Source of the DNA: Takakia lepidozioides
Taxonomy: Eukaryota > Plantae > Bryophyta
Assembly (NCBI GenBank): GCA_030704615.1
Contig: CM060732.1
Location: 46,686,001-46,750,000 of the forward strand
DNA: 64,000 nt
Direction: 5' to 3'
The translations under genes were made by a program, and so were the position numbers. Shown piece after piece: positions 35,501 through 48,172 of this stretch; the stretch's first letter is position 1; the number at the start of each line of letters is the position of its first letter. A model generated the notes under the pieces. It ran no database searches. It was not told the DNA's origin and saw nothing but the letters and a program-made list of their open reading frames with translations.

Positions 35501-38500
35501 AGCCACAGCTCGCTAGGGGAAACGAAGCAGATCAAGACGACGAAGACGGTGGTGCAGGGACTGACGATTCAAAGCTAAGCGGCGATCAATTACAACGTTT
35601 ATTAGAGGGAAATGCAGCCGGAGGCCATTCAGCCTACATTAGAGCGTTGGATAATGTGGTGAGGGAGGGCAGTAGCAGGCATACCCAATTTGGTCGCAGT
35701 TACTACAACTCAGAGTTCGGCAGCACTCCTTGCGCGAAGGGCCAAGTGGCATTATTGCATGGCTACTTCAAGAGCTTGCGCCCTACTGGGCAAGGTTTGG
35801 CTTTGAATGTGGACATAACCACAGCCATGTTTCATACTGACACTGGTGCAATCGACTATATCTCTGGCATTTTGAAGGACTGTAAATTATTACAGCCCCG
35901 AGATGATCTAGCACACATGAGGTTAGCGTAATCTCCCATTTCAACCTTGTAATATAACTCACGAGTGTTGTCAGTTTTAACTTGGTCATCCCTTGGATCA
36001 ATTTTGTTGACCATTTCACTACTAGAAGACAACCAACATTCAGCCCAGTGGTAAGGTCATGAGCTGCTTCACTCGTGGGTTGGGGGTTCAGATAAAGGTG
36101 TCCAGTGTCCACCTTCCGTTGGGAAGGCAGTAGGTCATACCATAAGTTACGCTTGCTTAGACAACGCCTTCACATTTTTGTTATGTACTAGATAAGCATT
36201 ACTGTACTGTATGTAATGTTGTGCAGGGAAGCTCTACTACAAGTTATGCAAAACGTAATTATATCTGTAAGTCATTATCCTGGAAATCAAATTCGAACTT
36301 TCACTGTAATAGGTTTGTCGGAGCTACCCACTCGTGCTATGATGTTTGAGGTTGCAAACTCCAATAATCCAATCAATTTGGTGGACTACTACAGAAGCAC
36401 ATATGACAGGACCCTCAAGTATGTAAACCTACCATGCCTGTCAGTGCGGGCCAAACGACCAACCTTCTTCCCCATTGAATTGTGTCGTATTGTAAAAAAT
36501 AAGAGGTACAAGGGGAGATATACAGATGAAATGAACGAGAAAAATACTGTAACCTCAAAACTCGACCCAAAAAAACGGCTGGCAAGGATTTGTCAGATGA
36601 TGGCAGATTGCTACCGCGAAACAGCTCTCAGCTACACGTATGTACTGATTTCTTCTTAACCGGTTTTCAGTTGCAGGCTCTTTTCTTCGGTACTAAAACT
36701 GCTTATGTTCATGTATTAAGATGTTGAATATAGTGGGAGGCTAACAATTGTAGAGTCATGGAAATCATGCAAAGGTCACCAAGAGAAAGCTTTAAATTAT
36801 AAACTTATATTGAAGTACCACTACAAAGCACTTTTTGCTCGTCTTCCTCGTTTCACATGAAGTTTGACTTTGAATACACTGACGAGACTGTGTGTAAATT
36901 CCTTCCCATGACACAGGGATGATCATTGCCAAGAATTCAATCTCAGATTTTCGAAAGAACCCTCTATAGTGGACGCCAGGATTCTACCTCCTCCCACACT
37001 CGAATTCAGGAGAGGGATGACCGTTACTCCAGTAGGTGGAGGATGGGCATTTAGTCAGAACGTGTTCTGGGAAGGCAGTGACATCCAATGGTGGGGGATG
37101 ATTAACTTGACCGAGGACTACAACGAAGAATTCTGTGTTGGCTTTGCAAAGGACCTCAGCCAGTAAGCTCTGTCTTAACTACAGCGAACCAAGTAATTTT
37201 AACTTATCCGCTTGAGAAGTCATTGTATTGAATCTAAAGACGTCCGGACCTTCCAATTGATTAGCTTCCTACCACAAACTTTGCAACTGCAAACACTGAT
37301 GAAAAAAATGTATGCGTACAGTTCTTAATATTGGATTTACAACATGTAGGCTTGTTTCTTTGTTTGCAGGAGAGCACGTTCCATGGGATGTAAATTGATT
37401 GATAAGTTCGCATATCTTGACTGGAATCCGACAGTTGATAACGTTGGGGGAGGCCCACGCGAGATTTATATTGAGAGAGGGCTACTCGAGATTTATAACA
37501 CAATTAAGGCTGGCATGAAGTCCAGAAAAAGTAAGATCCCCAACGTGCAACTCATCGTTGTACTCATCGACGAGAAAAAGAAAAGCCCATACTACAATGA
37601 GATTAAACGGATAGGAGACTCCATTCTAGGTGTTGCCACTCAAGTACTTGCCATGCAAACTTTGTGCGGTAATAGGAGCGGTGGGTCAAACTCTTACTTT
37701 GTCAATGTAGTGTTAAAGATCAACGGCAAAACTGGGGGTCGGAATGTCAGATTATCTGGCGGTTCTAATGTGAATTTGCCCAGCATTCGCTCTCGCACCT
37801 TTATTATTTTTGGGGCGGACGTCACCCACCCGGACGCAGGTGATAGTAGCAGCCCGTCGTTGGCAGCGGTTGTCGCCAACATTGATTATCCCGACTGTGG
37901 TCGTTTCATATCTAGGATTCGCAGTCAACCCAATCGTCAAGAAATCATCACAGACTTGGGTGAAATGGCAGTCGAGCTCATCAATGAATGGAAATCCGCC
38001 AACAACAATCATTTGCCTGATGTACTCTCTTTCTCCCTCTCTTGTTTTGGGTTGCTTGTTGAAGGCCCCACGTTGTAAAGTTACATAAATTCTTCATTTC
38101 ATTTCTTTCTCTCGAGTTTCCAATGAGGCTTACCCTGATATTACACATCATTGCAGCTCATACTGTTTTTTCGAGATGGTGTGGGCGAAAGCCAGTTCAG
38201 GGAAGTGTTGCGACAGGAAGTGTCCAAGCTCAAGTTGGCAGCTCAAAGTATACAGTCTGGATACGACCCAAAAATCACCTTTGCAGTGATACAGAAGCGC
38301 CATCACACTCGCATTTTTCATCGGCAACCTGCAACTACAAATATACCTGCGGGCACCGTTGTGGACACCGTCATTTGCCATCCCCGCGAGTTTGATTTCT
38401 ATCTATGCAGCCATCCTGGAATGTTAGGCACCAGTCGCCCTTCTCACTACCATGTTTTGTGGGACGAGGTTTCTTTCACGTAAGTGTTTTAACTTGTTTC

Positions 38501-38961
38501 TCTCTTTACAGTAGTCGGGCTGAGAGAACTTGTGTTCTTAAAAACAACATAATTATATTTCTTCTAAGTCTACACAGTAGCTGGATTCCTTAGGGCGATC
38601 TAAAGTCATCCACCTCTACATGAGCACAGTCTAATACCAGTTTCGACGATATTGACATGGTGAATTTGATCGATCCAGGATTGATGATTTCGAGATCCTC
38701 ACATACAATTTGTGCTATCTCTTTGCGCGGTGCACTAAAGCAGTCTCCATGGTGGCCCCAGCCTACTATGCACATCTTGTGGCCTTCAGAGCTCGGGTTC
38801 TCTATCAGGCTGCCAAAGCGCGTGCAAGGATGGAGGGCCGTGGCCCACAACAAAGAGGAGGGCCGGGGGGCAGGCGAGACCCAGCCCCACCCATGGCTCC
38901 CCCTGCCATTGCTTTGCCCTCCATCCATCCAAATCAACTCAACCAAATGTACTTTCTTTGA
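32575..38961 (+). CDS. AGO: Argonaute protein, divergent, 1202 aa, catalytic tetrad intact
   Basis: Exons 32575-33274, 34465-34739, 34961-35214, 35457-35921, 36227-36637, 36917-37162, 37370-38021, 38157-38479 and 38679-38961 (3609 nt, all GT-AG, phases consistent). Motifs [26 protein letters not shown] (YVNLPCL...FPIELC), [34 protein letters not shown] / RQEII / RDGV / YYAHL. Confidence 0.93.
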
Positions 38962-40365
38962 TAGCAGTTCTATAACTTACATGTGTTGGATTATTAGAGC
39001 TGGGGTTGTGTGATCAATCAATACTGAAGTTCTTTTTCATGTTTCATGTAATCATTAATGTCTCGAATTATCTTTTTCAAGGAAGATAATTAAATAGTTA
39101 ACTGAAGATAATAACTAGTGGTTACTGAAGGTCTAAGACTAGTTTTAGTGTAGAGCAGAATATGGTGCCTACTGCCACGTCATTGTCATGCCACATCATC
39201 ATCGTCATTTTCTTAAGCTGCCAATAAATAAATAGATTACTGAATTTTGAAGATCTTTTTTGGCAAATCTACTCTACTCACACTTTCTTCCTTTCTTCAG
39301 CGTCATCACCATTATTTTTAAGCTGCCCCGAAAAACCCAAAACTGAGTTTAGAAATTTTCTTGTGCGAATTTGCTCTAATATCTCTTTGTTCCTTTCTTC
39401 CGTTCTTCACATTCACTGTAAATGTTACAATTATACTTCTAAATATTCCTTATGATAAAACCACCAATTTTGGAAACCCTCACACTTTCATTTCTTTGGT
39501 TTTGTGGTGAGCACATTTCAATTTACTGATATATTACGATAGTATATGTATATTATATAAAGGAAAAATAATAGATAATGAAATGTCAAAAAATTAAAGG
39601 TTGTTTCTCTTATCTATATTTTGGAAAATTAAAATATAGATCTATAAATTTCTTTTAAATACACATCAACCAATACATCTATTTAATCTCTAAGTTTAGA
39701 TATTGTAAGTCTACTTGTTAAAATTTTGATATAAAAAATATGTATAGAACCCACCTTTGACATGAGTAGTAGCCATAAAGGCTCTTAATTACGTCAACTC
39801 TTACTCCCATGATGTCTAACAAAAATACCATTAGATTGTACTCCTCCATTAAGTTTTTATAAAATTTAAATATTGTTTTCAGAAGTCGTCATAGTAGTGC
39901 GAAGTGGCAAAGCGCAGCCCTACTTTTCTATTGTAAGAAAACAATTGCTAACAAAATAGGGCTGTGGCTCTGGGGATCAAATCCCTGTTATACCGTAGTA
40001 CAAGGGCAATTTCGACACAAATTTTAATATTTCAAAGATTGTTGAAAATTTTGGAAATTGATTTTGTGAAATTAAGTAACTTTGTGAATGATAATAAAGC
40101 ATCTTTGGGAATATTTTATATGTCGAAAGGGAATTCTCAAAATATTATAAATATTCGACCGATGACTGTCGATCTTGCCAAGGTACTAGAGTATGTCTCT
40201 TTGTCTTGGCCTACTGTAATGCCTACATGGCTCAGAATGGGGGTTTATTTTCTTCCTCAAGGCCGAGTTGTTGGGATTGGTGTTTCATTTGAAAACAAAA
40301 AATAACAAATAACAAATGAAAATAAAGAGGGAGAGAGAAGACTCCGGCCGAGGCCGGCGTAACTA

Positions 40366-42502
40366 AGAGTCACTTCTCCTTGCGGCTACTGCCCCCTTTT
40401 GGGTGTCTATAACAAAAAGTGTAAAGGGGGACACCATGTGACCGCTAAGAATAGAGGGGGCGAGGGTACTTCCTAGGGGACCTAAGGTGCGTTTGAAGTG
40501 CCGGATTTTAGTTGGCGTTTGTCGGTGATAATAGTTGTGAGTGAACGGAGTGCCGTGAGATGGGAAGAATGGGAATTTGGAAGTTATCGTGTATGTCCGT
40601 GATACTAGCGTTATGAATGTCACCTCGAGTGCCAGCTGTGATGACAGTTAACGGGCCGGTTTTCCAGCCACGCCTTCGGAGTGCAAGGATAAGTGAGGCA
40701 TATTTTTGCCGTTTTTCTAAGATTGAATCATTTGGATAACGATCATGGCAAAATGTGAATTCAATGAAATGGATGGTGAGTTGTGGGGATGGTGAGGTGG
40801 GGGGTAAAGTGTTGATAGGTAGACCTTGGACAAGGAGTATGTTCGGGCAAAGTCGAGTGGGGCATGAGCATGGTGTTTGGGTACATATGCATGGTAGTAG
40901 TCATGGAGGTACTGAGTGGTTCGAGTGGCCGTCCCTGGTAGGTGCCTGCGTTCATGAGCGAGAACCAACGGGTTTCAGCACGTTTTAGAAAGAGCTTGTG
41001 GAGGTGCCAGACTGCCTGGTTATGACGCGTGATATGCAAGCCATGTATAACTGGGTGTGTACATTGGCTGAGGAGATGTGGCCAAGTGTCACGAGCTTGG
41101 TGGGTGGTTACACATAACGGGCAATATGGGGATGGGAACAGATGTGGCCAGAAGATGTGTTTGCGCTGGTGGCCCATGTATTGGGCATATCGGAATTTGA
41201 GTGTTTGTCGAATTTGTGCGTCGGTGGTGGCTTTGGTAGCCAGAAATGATTGGAGAGTTTATGGTGCAGTACATTGGATTGAGTCCATTTTTGGATGTGT
41301 ACTTTGGTATGGCTGATGGAGGCTGCCGCTTGTTTATTTGTCTCTCTGGTCAGAGTGGTCAGGAGGTTTCGGACTGGTTTGGGTGCAGGGGGGTCCGGAA
41401 CGGGGTGTATGAACCAGAAGGGATGGGTGTGGGCGATGTGAATAGGGTCGTTCGAGGGTTCAACTATGGGTTGGGAGGCGCCGAGTTGGGCGAGTAGGTC
41501 TACTTCTTCATTACCATGGATGTCAGTATGCGAACGGACTTTGAGTATATGGACTGGGTGGCCTAGGGAGATGGCCCTCTGGACAATAGCGGCAATGAGG
41601 TTGCGGTCGGGATGATGATGATGGGCAGAGGGGTGGGAGATGTGGTTGCGAATGAGGAATAGTGAGGTAAGGTTGTCGGTGAAGATGAGTGTGGGGGGAG
41701 GGGGGAGGTGTCAAGTACAGAGAGGGCGTCATAAATGGCCATGAGTTCAGCCCGGAGGATGGTGGCAGGGCCAAGGAGCCTGAGGGCAACGCCTTGACTG
41801 GTGGCAGCGTGATAGATTCCATACCATGCGTTAGGTTTGGTGAGGGATCCGTCAGTGTAATGTGAATTGGCCAGTGGGTATTTGGGGATGGTGTTTTGTT
41901 GATATATTGTAGGGATTGGGGGTAGAGGTGTTGTTGGCGCGACCTGGGAAGGACGTGGTGTCGCAATGTTCCAAGCTTTGTTGGTTTTGATCCGAGACAA
42001 TGTGGTGGGTGCATGGGTGTGGGAGAGGATGGTTGGATAATGGATGGTGGCCTTTATTTTATGAGTGATGGTGAGCAATTGTTCGAGCTGAGAAAAGAAA
42101 GATGGCGGTATGGTTGTATGCCGGGGGTTTTGGATGTGTAGAATCAGGGTTAGGGTGGGTTCCTTCCGTTTGAGATATTTGGGAAGAGGAAGGGTGTGAA
42201 TATACTTAAGCTGGTTTGGGTCAATTGTGGCGAGCAAATTGACCCCTTCTGGGACTTATAGAAGAGGGTGAGAGATATTAGGAGAGTTTTGTTGTATGAG
42301 GATGAGGATTGTGGATGCAGTAGGAGAGGAGTGCGCATCAAGTTTTGCCCATTGAAGAGCTTCGTGAGAAGGAGAACCAGGTGGAGGATAGGCAAGGCCT
42401 CGGCCTTCCCAAGTGTGCTGGGTGGCAGTACCAGTGGCTCCAAAGATACTGTCTCTGTGGTGCGGGCTAGAGAATGTGGGCAATGCCACAGGGCATGTCA
42501 GT
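40366..42502 (-). mobile_element. 5'-truncated non-LTR retrotransposon with RNase H, CCHC and restriction-like endonuclease (Dualen/RandI-like), decayed
   Basis: Across frameshifts: RNase H YTDGS...RAELMAI...IFTDN...KVRSH...GNEEVD (about 41870-41490); CPLC...H...C zinc finger then RHN (41140-41020); RLE LCPNIL (degenerate LRPDIL)...IEFTFCHD...KRQKY...L...GW...TAGTRG (40860-40615). No RT or APE in the window. Confidence 0.82.
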
Positions 42503-42937
42503 AAATAAAACTATAATTAACCTTTAACTACCTACGAGGTACAAAATATACGGTGAAAAAATTGCACCTTGAACGTAAAAGAGATGTCGTCAATCTTCCA
42601 ACTTTCATCTAGAAAAATTGAATGTAAATAGAGGTGCCTATTTGGTACCTTCATCATCTCCACAAATTTCCCAAATTTCCACCGGAAAATTATAGTGCTT
42701 TAGTAAAAGGGTTTGTCAAACTTGGTATTTTTCAAACAATACATTCACAGGTATTACGAGCCTATTACTGAGAAGCAATGCAACGTGGGATTTGAACCCA
42801 CAACTAAATTATGGATTTATATATTTCTGTCAAAATCCTACTGGGCATCAGCATGATTTTGCTTCTTGAACACTATTTTGGTTGAAATGGTCACTAATAT
42901 GTACCCCAAGATTAAAATATATATAAATATCAATATA

Positions 42938-45154
42938 TGAAGCGAGACGTTACGTTTGTTTTGTTTTGTTTTGTTTTGTTTTGTTTTGTAGCGTCGTTGA
43001 GATCTCCCAAACCGCGGGGCCAGTGCGGGTGCTTGGTGCCGTTGGAAAGCCCTCGACGAGGAGGGGTGCACCGGCTTGGTCTCATGATTTTTGGACAAGC
43101 GGCGTGGGAGATGTGGAATTCCAAGTACTTTTGGTCGCTGGAAATTCACAAAAACTAGCAAAAATGGCAAAGTGGGCATTTCTGTGACAATGGTTGGAGC
43201 CTCGACGGGAGAGATATCACGGAAAGGTCTCCGGTTCAAATCTGGTCGTAGGCTCTGTGGAAAAAAACTTACTTAGATGACATTAGACACTTGGGCCAAC
43301 GGCAAAGGCTACCCTAGAGGTTGCATTTGGGTCGACATAGGAGACGCACTTTGATACATAGGGGATTGCACTTGGGCTTAGATCACACTGGACACTTGGG
43401 CCAATGGCACAGGCCACCCTAGACATGGAAGACGTACTTGGATACTTAGGAGATTGCACTTGCGTTAAGATGATCCACTAGATACTTGGGCCTCTACATG
43501 GGAGATGCACTTGGGCTTAGATGGGCCTCGACATATGAGACGCACTTGGATACATAGGAAATTGCACTTGGTCTTTGATTTCAATTCATCACGCATGGGC
43601 CAACGGCATAGGCTACACTAGAGGTCGCAGTTGGGCCTCAACATAGGATACGCAGTGGGGATACATAGAAGATCTTACACTTGGTCTAAGATGACACTGG
43701 ACACTTGGACATGCTACCCTAGAGGTTGCATTTGGGCCTCGACATAGGAGATGCACTTGGATTCATAGGGGATTGCACTTGGACTTAGATGATGACACTG
43801 GACACTTGGGCCAATGGCATAGGCTACCCTAGAGGTCGCATTTGGGCCTCGACGTAGGAGACGCACTTGGATACATAGGGGATTGCACTTGGACTTAGAT
43901 GATGACACTGGAGACTTGGAAATTATGGAAAAATAGCAAAGTGGGCTTTCCGGGAGCAATGACTGGCCCTTCATGTGGCAGATTTGGAATTTCAAGTACT
44001 TTGGGTAGCTAGAAATTCACAAAAAATTGCAAAGTGGGCATTCCTGGGACAATGGTTGGAGCCTCGACGGGAAAGATATCAAGGAAAGGTCTCCGGTTCA
44101 AATCTGGTCGTAAGCTCTTTGGAAAAAAAACTTATTTAGATGACATTGGGTCATTGGAAATTCGGGGAAAATAGCAAAAGTGGGCATTCCTCGGAGAATG
44201 GTTGGAGCCTTGATGGGAGAGACAACAAGGGAGAGGTCTCCGGTTCAAATCTGGTCATAGTCTATGTGGGGAAAAAAATGATTAGATATGGCTAAATCAT
44301 TAGACTTAGATGACTTAGATGACAGTGGACACTTGGGCCAACGACACAGGCTACCCTAGAGGTCGCACTTGGGTCTCACTTAGGAGACGCACTAAAATAC
44401 ATATGAGATCTTGCACTTGGGCTTAGATGACACTGGGCATTTGGGCCAACGACACAAGCTACCCTAGAGGTCGCATTTGAGCCTCGATGTAGGAGGCACA
44501 CTTGGATATATAGGGGATAGCACTTGGAGATATCAAGGGAAAGGTCTCCGGTTCAGATCTGATCGTAGGCTCCATGGAAAAAAAAATGATTGGATATGGC
44601 TTGCTTCATATATTGATGCACTTGGACTTAGATGACACTAGACACTTGGGCCAACGACACAGGCTACCCTAGTATGAATTAAGACAATTTGTTTGTTTGT
44701 TTGTTTGTTTTGTCATGTTGAGATGTCCCAAACCGCGAGGCCCCAGCACTCCTGCTTGGTATTGTTGGAAAGTCCTCGACGAGGACGGGTGCACCAGCTT
44801 GGTCTCATGAATGGACCTGCGGTGTGGGAGATACCTAATTCCAAGTATTTTTGGTCGCCGGAAATTCACAAAAAATAGCAAAAATGGCAAAGTGGGCATT
44901 CCTGGGACAATGGTTGGAGCCTCGACGGGAGAGATATCAAGGGAAAGGTCTCCGGTTCAAATCAGGTCATAGATTCCGTGGAAAAAAATTGATTAGACTT
45001 GGATGACTGAGATGACATTGGACACTTGGGCCAACGGCAAAAGCTACCCTGGAGGTATGGGCCTAGACATAGGAGACACACTTGAATGCATATAAGATTG
45101 CACGTGGGCTTACATGACCCTGGACACTTGGGCCAACGGCACAAGCTACCCTAG
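42938..45154 (+). repeat. Satellite-bearing repeat element array (units about 105-115 bp, gcacttgg subrepeats)
   Basis: Repeated gacacttgggccaacggcataggctaccctagaggtcgcatttgggcctcgacataggagacgcacttggatacat. A shared head (atgaa...(ttttg)n...gttgagat.tcccaaaccgc) occurs at 42938 and again near 44673. Confidence 0.9.
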
Positions 45155-45559
45155 CAATAATAATGAAATGGGCTGGACCTGTCGGAACCATGTAGCTGTT
45201 ATAGAGGCATCCCCACATGGCTATTGCATGCCCTTGAAAGTGGCATGTGCATGTGGAACCCATGTAGAGTGCATGCAATAGCCAAACATTTGGTGAAGGT
45301 TTTAGACTATAGGACTGAATGTAAGGACGCTGGCCAAAGCTGTGGTAAGACGAGGTAAGCCAAACATGGTAAGGGAGACTGCCAAGAGAGAGAGCGGAGG
45401 TTGGGGGCTTTGGGATTGGCAATGCAAAGGCGGGCGGCATAGTAACAATAGTGTGGAAGGCATGTAGAACATGGCATCTACCTACTTGGCGGGGGTGGGG
45501 AAGGGAAGGAGGGGCTTGGCAATAGGGAACTTTAGTCATTCTTCAAGCAGATGACAACC

Positions 45560-45725
45560 AAGTTGTAGCCCAGTGGTAATGGGCACATACTACCTCGGAA
45601 GTGTTGTGGGTTCCATCCATCGATTGGTGTCACAAATGTGTCCACCTTCCTGCTGAAAGGCTGTAGCCCTTCGGGGTCAAGAGACACCATAATTTACGTT
45701 TCATTTGGAAGGCGTCATATATATT
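45560..45725 (+). mobile_element. tRNA-derived SINE
   Basis: A box tagcccagtgg and degenerate B box ggttccatcc; the 3' tail (gagacaccataatttacg...ggcgtcatata) resembles 23065-23125. Confidence 0.55.
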
Positions 45726-45967
45726 ATATTATTATTCCAGCTGACGGCTCTGCACCATTCCGTATTTTTTTTACTTGAATGCTCACTGTGATTTTTTTTT
45801 TTAAATGTCCCATATCAAAATGGGTGTGCACGTTGAAGAGCAAGATATAACATTATATTATACATATATCTTATCTCAAATCACGAGTTATATGTCAGAA
45901 TATCTATTTATATGTTTAACTATATACGTATGACTGTCATTTTTTTGGCTCAAAATGAGGTTGGTAG

Positions 45968-47090
45968 CAGTGTTGGTTTGGTATCTGGGTTTCGCCGAGT
46001 ATCAACCCGGGTCTCTCCTAGCCTAACCTACTATTCTCTGTTCCTGTAAACATTTGTAGTACCCTATCAAAAGGTTCTCGAGTTCCCTGGCGGCCCCCCA
46101 AACCCTGACAAGTGGTGGTTAGGGTTCCTTTCCCCGCCCCCTACCAGAGCTCGACTCGTTGTCGTAGGTCTGTTTGGGTATCATGTTAATATGCACATAT
46201 AGACATTATGGATGCAGGGTTCCATGTGTTTATGAGCGCCTCTTTATGATCTTTGTCGTGCACCTAAGCATCGTGCCGCAACATACATCGTTGTCCACCA
46301 CACAATCTAAGCACACAATCCTAGAAAGCTATACCACAATTCAAAGCATGAAGCAATCACATTAAGAACAAGCCCTAGTCCTTCCAAATGAAATCCACTT
46401 TATTACATAAACTAAGTCAAGCCAAGGGCACCCTTGCTAAGGGAATCCACCCTACAAAGCCCTCAACACACTCTTTCTCAATACCTAGAGCTATGGAGGT
46501 GAGAGAAGCTCATGGAGGCTCAACTACAAGAAGCTGAGCCTCGGAAAACCTATCCTCATGTCCCAAGTGAGGCTCGACAGCTCACTTGGCATGTGAGACC
46601 CAATGAAGTCCCAACACACAAAATATAAATATAAATATCTAAAATATCCTAGTTAACTAGAAGTAGGTAATTCTAGATAACCATGACTAAAACCATGACA
46701 TCTTCATTTGCAAGACACTATGGATGCAATTCTAATTCAGTGTATAATTGTATGGGGGTTGGTATCCTATGAGATGAGCAGGTTTCCTTGTGGTTTTCTT
46801 GAATATTAATGACCATTTCAATATTGAATTTGAATTTGAATACTAGTACCATTTTTATTTTTTTTATTTTTTAATACCATATCCGAGTTCATATTCCTAG
46901 GTTTATTGACATTCAAATACCATTGCTCATATCCGGATTGATTTTTTTTTTAAACCACTCTATGCATACCAGATTCATAGTTGAAAAAATCAAGGGCTGC
47001 ATTATTGGAAAACCTACCTGCCTTAAAAAAATTCAGCCCATGCATACCAGGACCCTTATGGTATTTCCAATTCAAGATACCAGACCAACA
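45968..47090. mobile_element. Older non-autonomous hAT element with a nested LTR-like insert (about 46160-46700)
   Basis: Left TIR cagtgttggtttggtat; right TIR remnant ataccagaccaaca; 7/8 TSD match GTTGGTAG / GTTGGTAT. The inner TG...CA segment is similar to 2680-2780. Confidence 0.65.
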
Positions 47091-47416
47091 GTTGGTATTG
47101 TGTGAGCACACTCACATTGGCATAAGCCTACGTATGCAAGCAGACAAGCATATTCTGCATATTTCCAAAGATCCTCAGAATACGAAATTGTACTCACACA
47201 ACAAAAGTACAAAATATATTCAAAACTAGGTGAGCACAGTGAGTTTCTCTACGAAAATATCTATTTAATTTTCAGATTTCTTGTTGGTTGGCTAGCGAAA
47301 TTCTCTACACTCGAGGTGCTTCTCACATTTAGCGAAATACTGCTGTGTATAATATTATAACATTAAAAGCAGTATTTCACTATTAACTATTTATGTTTTA
47401 ATGTATGTCCAAAGGG

Positions 47417-48172
47417 TGTTAATAGCTAAAATGTACTCATAGACCTTGTAACTAACCCTACTAACTTAGCAGTACCCTATATCTGTCATTTCTGTTTGCA
47501 AACATATTATCCCTATAACCATGGATTGTGTTCACACTGGGTTTTCTTTCATGCTCACATTGTGCTCAGCCTTTCTTGCTCAGGGGATACCAACCCCCTC
47601 AAAATTATATCTCCAATGGATCCAATGGAGTTTGTTAACCGAGATTCTTACAATTGACCAGAACCGGTTGTTCTTTCCATAAGAAACTAGGGTAGCCTAT
47701 TCTTGCTCAATTCTAACATGGTATCAGAGCCATTCTTCTCTAGGTGAGAGTTGGTAGTTGAGATTGAGAGAACTTGATTATGGCTGGAGCGTCGTCTTCT
47801 AGCAATCCTCCTTCTATGTCTATGACGAGTGCATTAGATGTGAGAGTGGAAGATCGATTCAATGGAGCTAACTATCAAACCTGGAAGTTTAGGATAGAGA
47901 TGGTCCTTCTAGACAAAGATCTATGGGAAGTGGTTGATGGATCAGTCCCAAGACTTGACACTATTGTTGGCCAAGCCATATGGGATAGGAAAGATCAGAA
48001 AGCAAGAGCTAGCATCATCACAAGCTTGAGAGACAATCAGTTGCATCTCATTATAAGTGCTAAGAGTGCTAAGGATGTTTGGGACAAGCTAGCAAGCATA
48101 TATGAGACGAAGGATGTCACATCGCAAGTGTATGCGACGCAAAAGTTGGCCCAGGTGTCCAATATCATCTAA
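47417..48172 (+). mobile_element. Ty1/copia remnant: 5' LTR, PBS and truncated gag
   Basis: LTR TGTTA...TAACA at 47417-47718; tRNA-iMet PBS TGGTATCAGAGC at 47719-47730; gag FNGANYQTWKFRIEMVLLDKDLWEVVDG...WDRKDQKARASI (47774-48172) is cut by the satellite element. Confidence 0.92.

Noticed and set aside
38469-38479. AGO exon-8 donor at 38469
   Set aside because: It is out of phase with the last exon; the GTAAGT donor at 38480 restores WDEVSFTIDDF, matching the family pattern.
42938-45154. CRISPR array or hammerhead-ribozyme retrozyme
   Set aside because: The units are degenerate tandem copies with no unique spacers and no cas genes, and I found no CTGATGA...GAAA hammerhead core on either strand of the unit.
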